Origin: Vicugna vicugna | Taxonomy: Eukaryota | Direction of reading: 5' to 3' | Assembly (NCBI GenBank): GCA_013265495.1 | Contig: MU058781.1 | Location: forward strand, 6,290,522 to 6,354,521 | DNA length: 64,000 nt | Shown: one piece after another, positions 26,854 to 37,037 of the stretch | Layout: each line of letters starts with the position of its first letter | Position numbering within the stretch: position 1 is the stretch's first letter | The notes under the pieces: model-generated | Seen by the model: the letters and a program-made list of their open reading frames with translations, nothing else | What the model was told of the DNA's origin: nothing | Databases searched by the model: none | Made by a program: the position numbers and the translations under genes

Positions 26854-27554
26854 GGGGGCGGCGGCGCCCGGCGCCCCAGGTGCGGCCGCGGCCAATCGCA
26901 GGCGTCCGGCCCGCCCCCTCCCCAGCCGGGCGCCGACCCCCGGCCCGCGGGGGAAGGGAGCAGAGAGGTGGCGAGCCGTCCTCGCCACTTGTCTTCCAGC
27001 TTCCGCGGCGGGAGGGACAGAACCCGAGCCGAAGCCGCGCGGAGTCCTCCACGCCGGGCCCGGCCGCCGCGCCCCCCGCCCGTCCACCTCCGCGCCCGGA
27101 CGCTCTCACCGCCGACCCGAGACACCTACCTAAACCGTAAGGAAGGAAAATCTACCTCTAAACGCACCCCGTTCTTCGCTTGTGGACCACCCTCTCTTTT
27201 CATTTTTGGCCTCCCCGCCGGGTGAGTGGAAACCGTTTGCACATCCTACAGAACCGGAGCCTAACCCAGACGATCCGGAGAATTTGTACCGTGACCGGCA
27301 GGGGGGGCGGGAGGAGAGAGCGAAGTCAAATCTCCGAGGCTGCCGGCGACTTCGGCAGCCGCGCGCCCCGCGCCCTCGGCCGCCCCCAGCCGCTCGCCCC
27401 CGCCGCGCCGCCGCCCTCGCCCCCGAGCTCGCCCTTGGCCCGCGGCGGCCCCGAAAGGGTGCGGGAGACGCGAAGCCGGAGGAGGAGGCGCAGCCGCTGC
27501 CCGAGCCGCAGCCGCAGCCGCAGCCGGAGCCCGAGCCGCGGGGCGGGCGCGAAG

Positions 27555-27722
27555 ATGCACACGACCCAGAAGGATACGACGTACACCAAGATCTTCGTCG
27601 GGGGGCTGCCCTACCACACCACCGACGCCAGCCTGCGCAAGTACTTCGAGGTCTTCGGCGAGATCGAGGAGGCGGTGGTCATCACCGACCGGCAGACGGG
27701 CAAGTCCCGGGGCTATGGATTT
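27555..27722 (+). CDS. RBM24: RNA-binding protein 24, coding exon 1 (aa 1-56, N-terminal part of the RRM)
   Basis: ATG at 27555 (gcgaagATGc) encodes [56 protein letters not shown], with RNP2 (IFVGGL) and the start of RNP1 (RGYGF); donor TT|GTAAGT at 27723; 168 nt, phase 0. Confidence 0.98.
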
Positions 27723-28800
27723 GTAAGTTGCGTGGATGCGGGGGGGAGGGGCGGGTGACAAAGAGTCCGGCGGGGAAACCGAGGACCGCAGGGGCGGGGA
27801 GAGACAGAGTGGTGCTTGGCCGAGGGTCGGAGTTTGGAGTGAGGGGCTCGGCAGGACCGAGCGAAGAACCCCGCGGGCGAGAGCGGTGCTGCCCCTTTGC
27901 TCCCAGCTGAACTGAAAGTTTGCGCGCGCCGGCGCCTGCCTCGCGGGGTTCCGAGCGGACCGAGAGCGCTGCGGTGCCGGGGGAAAGGCGGAGCAGGGGT
28001 GGAGGGAGAGCACTGTAAAGACTGCTGGATTTGGGGGTGCGGGGGACTAGAAAAGAGGGGCCGCAGCCCCTTGGAATTGCACTCCCAGGGTAGAGGCCGG
28101 TGGTTGAGCGCGCTGTTGCTTTGTAAAAATGCGTGTGTCTTCCCGGCGCTCCGGCTGGGGCAGGGAGGGGACACCCCAGGAGGTCTGGGGCTCTTCTTCT
28201 TATGTCACCCCTCCTCCCCTTTTTTTAATTGCAAAGATGGGTTCTTTTCAAAGATGATCCTTTGGCTCTTTGCCGAACTGAAAGAGAGCATAGTAAGCTT
28301 CCTGGAGATTTAAGCGTGCAAATTCAGCTGCCGAGGAGCGGGTAGCCCCAGCGTAGGACAATAGCTATTGTCGTTGGGGAGTGTTTATGGGGTTGGGAAC
28401 ACCGGGCGGATGTGAAGCTGGTCTTTCTTTAGAGCAAACAGTGCCTCTCAAGCCGGGTAGGGACCTGGGGAATGGTCGGGGGAGGGGGGACCTAGAGGAG
28501 TTCTAAGACGGAATTCAGGCTTCCAGAGCTCTGCTAGGCCCTACCAGCACCCTTAGGACTTTGGGGGGTGGGGGTGGTATTTCTTTCTTTCCTCGTTTCT
28601 GTTTTCTTCTTATTCCTTTGGGTCAAGGAGTAAGTTCCTGCCAAAAAAGAAAAAAAAAGAGAGAGAAAGAAAGAAAGAAAAAAAAGTTTAAGAACCCCTT
28701 CAGTTTCATTAACACGAATGACTTCTTCCAGTGATTCTCGGTTTCCTTCAGGGGCTGATTTAGAGCTTTGTGTGTATGTCTATGTGTGTGTGTTGCTAAG

Positions 28801-28924
28801 GTCACCATGGCTGACCGGGCTGCTGCTGAAAGAGCCTGCAAGGATCCCAACCCCATCATTGATGGCAGGAAGGCCAACGTGAATCTGGCATACTTGGGAG
28901 CAAAACCAAGGATCATGCAACCAG
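28801..28924 (+). CDS. RBM24: RBM24 coding exon 2 (rest of the RRM)
   Basis: Acceptor ctaag|GTC; encodes [41 protein letters not shown]+G; donor CAG|GTGAGA; 124 nt. Confidence 0.97.
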
Positions 28925-30166
28925 GTGAGAAATGTTGCTTGAGTCCCTCCTTCCTCCACTAGAGACCCCCACTTCTGAATAGAATGAATCCCTGATTCAG
29001 AAGACACTGGTTCCCTGAGAATCTGTAGATGTGTTTAGTGAAGTCGAACCACGGCTGGTTATTCTACCAAGGCAATAAAGATAGATGAGAGCTGTACACA
29101 CTCCTTTGAGGACTTGAAATGTACCTTTGGGCAAAAAACAGTTGTGAGGGACAGTTTGTGCACACTCAGACTTGAGCTTGACTCCTCTGTTTCCTGTATA
29201 CAGCCATAGTCCTCTCTCCCCATTTTCCGCTTTGTAGCCACTTGTAGATCATCCACACGTGGATGATACGGACCAAATTTGTCAACTCCAGCTGGTTATA
29301 CTTATCTGCCTAGTGTTTTCTCTCCTTTTGCCACCAGCTGCCCTGTGTTCCGAGCAGGCAATCCAGCTTGAACACTGACCGAAGAGAGAAGCATAGGGTA
29401 GGGGTGGTGTCTGGGTGGTAAATGTAATATAAAATTACAGAATATTAGCGATGAAAGAAATGGAGAGATTTCAGCTACTCTAGGATCCGTCTGTTACAGA
29501 TGAAGAAACTGATGCTTAGACATGAGAAATGGTTTACTCCAAAGTCACATAGCTATTAGTCACCAAAAAGGAGCAGAATTTTGTCTATGTGAAATCGTGA
29601 CCTTTGGGATTATTTACAACACTGCCTGTTGCATTAGCACATATAATTGTGAGTTGACTATAGAACAAATAAAATCTTTTGCTTCAGCACGCAACTTTAA
29701 GTTTTATACTCTTCACTCTTAAGTCATTCCACCTGAGATTTTGGAAAGAGGTGGACACTTCCATCCAAATAGATTTACTGGGAAAGTAGGTTGTCACGAA
29801 AGGGAGTACATATGCAAATATCCATGAGCATTAAAAAACATATTTGTCTAATACAGTGTGTGTGTACACTATCCAGAAAAGAAAGAAGAGTTTGTTTTTG
29901 TGAACTTTAATACTATAATCTATAAAATCCATAATCTTCCAAAAGCATTGTCCAGAGCATTCCAGAATGTTCCAAATTAAGAAAAAGACTTTTAAAATAA
30001 TGATTCAGAGTTGTAGGACTATTTGTGACATGTAACTTCATTATCAAGCCCTATTATTCTTGCTTTCTTTCCACAAGAACTTCTCACAGGTCTAATTTTC
30101 TAAGGTCTTAGTCTGTGTCTGTCAACTAAACTTTGCAGATCATTTTTAGTTTCCACTTGTAGCCTG

Positions 30167-30304
30167 TTAAAATTTTTGTTTAGATTAATGATAATGTTAG
30201 TAAAATGACTTTTAAAAGTATATTTATAATATTTATTAAAATTTTCATTTAGATCAACGATAACATTAGTAAAATGGCTTTTAAAAACATATTTATTGTA
30301 TTTT
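30167..30304. repeat. Diverged tandem duplication, period 69 bp, in RBM24 intron 2
   Basis: ttaaaatttttgtttagattaatgataatgttagtaaaatgacttttaaaagtatattt versus ttaaaattttcatttagatcaacgataacattagtaaaatggcttttaaaaacatattt. Confidence 0.85.
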
Positions 30305-30420
30305 CTCTAAAGTATTAGAAGAACAATTACTTTTTCTAAGTGAAAAGATGTATTTTATATGTAGCAGTAATAAATGCCTAATCGTGCACAAACAGAAAGT
30401 ATGATATGTTTTATTGTTAG

Positions 30421-30475
30421 GTTTTGCCTTTGGTGTTCAACAGCTTCATCCAGCCCTTATACAAAGACCTTTTGG
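30421..30475 (+). CDS. RBM24: RBM24 coding exon 3
   Basis: Acceptor ttattgttag|GT; encodes (G)FAFGVQQLHPALIQRPF(G); donor GG|GTAAGT; 55 nt; phases are compatible with exons 2 and 4. Confidence 0.95.
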
Positions 30476-33400
30476 GTAAGTCAATTAATCAGACCCTCCT
30501 CTGATTCAATATGGCTACCATTTGTTAACTTGCCTCTTTATTATATCCAGTCAAGGCCATCATGTCACAGAATGTTTCTGGTTATACATATTTACATATG
30601 TTTGTGTATTTTTAATGCCGGTAACATAAATGTTTTTAGATGAGTCAAGTTATCTGACCAAGTATGCAGCCTCCAAACAGACACATTTTTGAGCTTATGA
30701 TTAACAAAACAAAACAAAATACCAGGTATGACTTGTGTACAAGACGATTGTGTCCCGACACCATGACTGCTGTTCAACTTGACTCAATTGTATTTATCTC
30801 TTTCTAACCTGACAGGGCTCGTATACAGTTAAGCTAACTGATCAGAAGGATACCATGATAAGAGGTGGAATAGTTCTGTTTGGAGTTAAACTCTGTAACC
30901 AGTAGACTCAGACACACAAGCTCAGATGGTGATTAACGATGCATGGATGTTGGTGGTGTTGTTTTATTTTTCACAATAGTCAATAGACCTCCGTGTGCTT
31001 TATTTTATTTATTACAGTAATGAAGTGGTGTTGATAGCTAAACTGTGTGCTTTTTTACTTAATTGAAAAGAGCTGTAGTGAAAGTGTTTTCTTTTCCTCG
31101 GGGAAGGGGCTCTTTGTGTTTTGGGTTTTGGTGGTGGTGTTGACGGGTGTTGACTTTTGACTTTGCCATGGGAAGCAAAGGGCCTTTTATTTTCCTTGCT
31201 TTGAAGCTGTAGCCTGTGACTTCCATTTAACCATATTTTTGTAGTGAGTGCTAAATGGTGTGATTTCCCTCTGTAAGAATACAGATTCATTGCTTGCATG
31301 TCCTAAGTTTCTGTTTTCCTGGGGAGTTTTTCTGGGAATGGGATTCTTTCTTTGGCAACGTGTATCCACTTTTAGACCTTCTCATTTAAAGGATCAACGA
31401 CTCTCATTAGATTTCACTAACAGTAGCCAGCGTTTTCAGTAGAGTAGCACTAACTTCCACCTTTCAGACCTGACTCAGGTCTGATGTCGATTTGTGTTCT
31501 GTGAGGTTTTGTGATTACCAGCTCTCCTAGTCCAAGCTCCCTCAGTTCCCTTCCATTCAGACCTGATATGGATGGGAGAGCCCCAACCACCTCAGTTTAT
31601 TCTGAACACCTAGGGTCTTTTTCATCTGTATTCTACCTGATCAGCATGGCTGTAACTCTCATGTCAGAGATTTACACTCTCTTTTTAAATATTCTAACTG
31701 TTTGGAAGTGTTTCATCCTCAGCAGTCATTTCTTGTCTAGCTCAGCGCCTAAACATCTACATGTGTACCTGGAAGGTTGGACTCTGTCTACCTTATGTGT
31801 CTCCAAGACTAGATCCAAAAAAGTAATAATAATTTGACTGGGAAGAGTCAAGTTATATTTTCCATGAATCCCTTCTTTATAACCATCCCTTTAATAGATC
31901 GGTGCTTCACTCTTACTACCAACTCTTACTTTTTTTAACCATAGAAGAGTCTTCTATCCAATAGATGACAAAGGGCCTTCATATATCCTTTTTATTAATG
32001 CCCCATTCAAACCATTCTGGCTACTGACAATGGTGGGTTGGTGGGTCCACATACTTCTGTGGATCCCCCTCTTCTTGGTCTAGACTACATTTAAGGTAGG
32101 ATTGAGGAGGGGAACAGACATCTTAAGGAATGATGGTGAACTTAGGCATGATCTCACGTTCATAATCTCCAAACGGTTGTTAGACGACTAAATCCATTAA
32201 CTGGTCTTAGCATGTTTATTTTTCTCCATGCTAGTCAGGAGTACAAAACAAGGAGATGGCACTTGAGTTTAGGAAGGAAGACTAACACAAGCCAATCGGG
32301 AACTGTTCATTGCTACATTACTCGGTATTAAGTACAAAAGGAATTCAGAATAGCAAGAATATCAGAGAGTTGGAGGAGTTGGACAAGGCTTCGTGATGAC
32401 TGGAGCTAGACTTGGACCACTGGGTATGTCCTGAACAGGTACTAGGAAGAAGGAACATGTCTGAAGGGTACAGGATGAGAGCATGAGCACAGAGGAGAAA
32501 AGACTCAGTGCGTGGAGAAACCAGACTTTTTATGGAGGGTCCTGAGAGCTAGACATAGAACTGTGGACTGGTTGTGGTAGTCTGATAGCTTCTTGAGAAA
32601 GAAAGTAGCACAAGGGTAATAACAACCAGAATAAAATGTGTCATGTAGGAATTTCAAATCAAGCATGTTTTTAGTAGGAACTATTGGTTTTTCATCCCTT
32701 CCCATATGAGCTGTCTTTATAAAGGATGATGATTATTACTGTTTGCATAAATTGTCTGAACTTGAGATTCTCATTAGAAATAGACAGCACTCCAGATAGA
32801 CTAAGCAAGCCTTCTCTTTCTTTTTTAAGGGGTTCTTAACACAGCTCCAACTCCCAGAGTCTGTACCTAACAAATCACACCTGGTCATCCTAAATTCTAT
32901 CTGAATGCCAAATGTTCTATTTTAGGCCTGGAAAGAAGCTTGAGAATTTTTAATCTTATTTGACTTGTTTGAAATTCTAGGAACTAAACTTTTTTTTTAT
33001 ATATAGTCCTTAAATGGCCCCCAGATTACTTTGAACCTTTAAAGAGAAAATTTTAGCCTGAAGGAATTTCTGATGTAACACAGTGGGCAGGTGTATAGAA
33101 ATGTGTGGATTTGCTAAACAGTATCTTATAAATATTTTATATTTGAAAGAAGCATTTTCTTATCAAAACCTTGGGGAGGAGAAACTTTGGATCTGTAGGT
33201 AAATTCCAGGCTAGTTCAGATCAGGTTGAAATACACTTAAACATTTACTCAGTACTCCTTTAAGTGCTAAGTTTTATGCTGGTTGTGTTAACACATTCTA
33301 GGTATTATACTGTCCACCAAGGAGTGCAGGAGGGACCATAACTAACAGGAATTCGACACCTGCAACATGCCTAGTACTGATATACGATTTACATAAATTA

Positions 33401-34816
33401 TATAATTTCATTATCAATAATTATTTGATGAAGGCACTGTTAGTGTCTTTTCCACGGATGAAAAAACTGAGATTCAGGGAGGTTAATTAACTTTCCACAG
33501 GGGCTACTACGTGATAGAGTCTGGTTCTAGGCTGGGAATCATGGTTTGCCTGACCTCAAAAGCCACGTTCTTTCCTCTGTGTCAAGCTGTAGCCAAAGAG
33601 ACACCACTCCACTCTCGCCTGTAATCTCGTAAGAAAACTGAGAAGCATCGAGAAAGCTGTCCATATGGCTTCAGATGAGGCAGAGTGACATCAGGTGGGT
33701 GGGATCCAGGAAGTCTTCATGAAGGAGGTAGAAGCTGACCTAGATTTTAAAGGTCATGAGGGAGGATAGGGAACTTTAGCACTGAGTATGTTCCTTACTG
33801 TAGGCTCTTCACACAGATAATTCTACTTAGTACACAACAATTCAGGGTGAGAAATATTATGTTCATTTCAGTTATGAGAAATATGTGAGACTACAAGGTG
33901 AAGCAAATTCCCGAAGCTTTACACGTAGCGGTAGAGCTAGGCTGGATGGGGCTGGGACTTCACCAGGTAGAGACGGAGTGAGGATTGGTGGAGGGGTGTC
34001 ACCAGCCAAGGTGAGGCTCTAGGAACGTGTGGCGTGTCCAGTCAACAGTGGTCCGGCTGACCTAGGTTCAGGGAAAGGTGGGAAGAAATACTGGGAAAAA
34101 AAGTCTTTTGGAGCCAGAAGTGTAAAAGGCCTGGGAGGCCAAAGTTTAAGAAATGGTGCACTTAGTCTGGTACAAGGTTAGGGACCTAGATTACTTTGTA
34201 CCAGTGAATGACATGAAGACTTGTCAGCATTTCTGTGATAGGTTGGAAGAGGAAACCCTTAAGGATATCAAAAGTCACAGAGAGATCAGAAGGGCCTTGA
34301 AGAGGCAGGAAGAAAAGGAAAACATAGCAAATTTTCTTTGAAAATTGCCCAAGGTGTCTGTTTTGCTCTTGTGTTTTTATTACTGTTAGGATGTACATTC
34401 TGTGATTCAGTGAGGGGAAGGATGCTGGTATCTGTCTAGTAGGAGGGAGATTCCCAAATTGCTGTAATGGGCTCTGGAGACTATTAAAGGAACTCCTAAT
34501 ACAGGAATTGCTTCCGCAGTGCCACTTCACCCTTAATTCCAATACTGCCTCCCTTCCTGGACTGAGATATTTTCGTCTCTCCATGGGCTCCTGGGTCCTC
34601 CTTTCCCTCAGCCTTAAAATACTCTAGGGTTTCATTTGCCTTCCAGATGTCATCCTAACTCTTGCCAGACTTCATGTAGGTTTCTGATATTCCAGGGAAC
34701 CTCATACTCTGATTGGCTGGCATTATCAAATGAAAACTATTAGTGTAAAAAATAATACAGGGACAAGAGTCCTGCAGGCAGCCCTGCTTAGCTATCATTT
34801 AAAGCATTCTTCAAAT

Positions 34817-34843
34817 ACACACACACACACACACACACACACA
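34817..34843. repeat. (AC)n microsatellite in intron 3
   Basis: Direct reading. Confidence 0.95.
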
Positions 34844-37037
34844 ATTTTATCCTGCCTTTTTGTGGGCTAAACTTATTTTCAGTTACCACCTTTATTCAAA
34901 GATACAAGCCTAGCAGCCATCTTATTGTCCTTGGAGCTTCGGGAGTTCAGGGGTTAATGTTTCAGTATCAGTGAGATTCATACTGGCTGGCCTTTGCAGC
35001 TGATAGATGTTTTACTTTGGCCTTATAAAGACATTTTACCCGCTGGAAACCCTTGTCGCATGACAGGATCAAAAATAGCCCGGCTGCAGCCCCTGCTGTC
35101 CGTCACCACATGCAAACTGGCATGACTGTAGGCTCTCTCAGCCGTGTCTGCACATCGTGGACACGGCGGCCTCCAGGGACAGTGTTTCATAAAGCCACAC
35201 CTGTCGCTGTGAGTGAGCCAGTCACCTGACTCGCAGAGAAGGTCTGAGTGTGTGCATGACCACGCTTCTGGTTTCTGACAAGCAGTCAAGAACATCTCTA
35301 AGTGTCCTCAGAAACACTCGATGACGTCGTTTCTCCTGGCACTGGGAAAGATCTACAAGTCTAGTAAAATTGAGTGTATTTTTATCATTGGGGTCAAAGT
35401 TCACTTCCCTCTGTGATAAATTCATCTTTTCCATGGATGTTCATTAATGAGCGCTTTCAGTAAAACTCGGAAAAGGCGAAGCAAAATTTATGGTTTTGAA
35501 ATCTAGAGATGAAGTTTTCTGTTTTGAGGTTTTAAAATTTGAAGATTGTTCTTTGTGCTTGTACTTCTTGCAAGTTGCCTTTGGTAATAACCAGATAGCA
35601 TCATAGTGTCATATTTTTAGAAATATAGGCGGTTTTGATGGAGATTATTCTAAAGAAGGATGAAAATAAGTCAGATATTAATGGTAGCATTTTAAGTGGG
35701 CAGGTATGAATCGCAAGAGTGAGGATTGAGATGCATGTTTTTTTTAATACCTCTTGTGATTTTTTTTAACAAAATTAACTTATAAGTAAGGTCATTGGAG
35801 TGTGTCTTGTATGTGACCTCTGAATGTATAATTTTGAAAGGTCCTCGATTTTGTTTCACTTTCTAGAACTTTTGTAGGAGAATACCTAGTAATAGAATTG
35901 ATTTGTATAAAACATCTACCAGTAGGGAAGATTTAAAACAGATACGCTTAATAAATCTATTTCTGTTGAGTTAGAGGATAAAACAAGAGTTTAGTAGATA
36001 CACACAAAAAATGTTTCCTTAACCTTATTATTATGTAATCCTTTTGAGTTGATACTAATTTTAGAAACATTTAGTTGTGTTTCCCTATCCCTGCCTTTTC
36101 CTCAACCTCATCATTTCCCCAAAACCCCTTCTGTCTGTCTTGCATAGAGATAAACAAGCTGGCTGACCTTCGGTTGCCTGATAGTCAAACAGGTTTGATT
36201 GACCCTTGTGTCCTTATGAATTTAATGGAGAGAAAGAAAGAAAGAAAGACAAGCGTGCTGCACATCTCTTTGGGAATCACTGCCATGAATGTTAATAGCA
36301 TTTCTGTAGCTTCCCACAACAGCCTCTTGTGATAGAGTGAGCTGCACTACAGTTCGTTTGAGAAGTGTGATTCTGCTGTGTTTACCACACTTGTGAACTT
36401 TTAAACTCCTTTTTTTATTTTGTCGCCTGCTTCTTTTTTATTATTATTTTTAATAAGGGTGACTGAGGTTGCAGAGAGATTAATGTGTGCTGAGTCTGCA
36501 TAGCAATTTCAAGTAGGGTTGCCATGATAATAAACAGGGATTTTCTTGAAATTTAGTTTTCAGAAACTGGCCAACACCCTTACGGAATTAAACGATCACG
36601 GCTTCCCTTCTGAGTCCTATATTCACTGCGAAGAATTCTTCTATTTGCTAAACCATTTTTGGTGGACGAACTGATTACAAAATTTGTTGAAGTCTTCGTC
36701 AATTAAGCATTTATTAAATATCTCTTGTGTGCGAGGCCCTCATGAACTTTGATTTATCTTTCCAAACTTCTGCTCGATGATATTTATTGGTTCTAAAAAG
36801 ATCCTAAATAACAAATTCTGGCAGGGAGGGCATCCCATTTTCATTGTTGAACTCCTTCCGGGGCACTCCATGGTTTGGGCTACCGCCAGAGGACTTGCAC
36901 AGATCGCTGGCAAGGAGATATTGTGGCAACCCTATGCTCATAATAACCACTAAATTTGAGTCTGTCTTATCTCTGAACGAGCCACGCTCCAGACAGGAGG
37001 CGACTCCTGCCTGACTCTGTTTTCCGTTTCTCAACAG

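Larger units (their letters stand above)
26390..28170. promoter_or_regulatory. CpG island / RBM24 promoter region
   Basis: Very GC- and CpG-rich compared with the flanks; spans exon 1; contains CCAAT (26892-26896), GC boxes (e.g. ggcccgccccc near 26908) and paired CAGCTG E-boxes. Confidence 0.9.

Noticed and set aside
26238..28313. Many overlapping long ORFs on both strands around the promoter
   Set aside because: Expected stop-codon scarcity in a CpG island; low-complexity Pro/Arg/Gly/Ala translations with mostly non-ATG starts. Only the RBM24 frame is supported.
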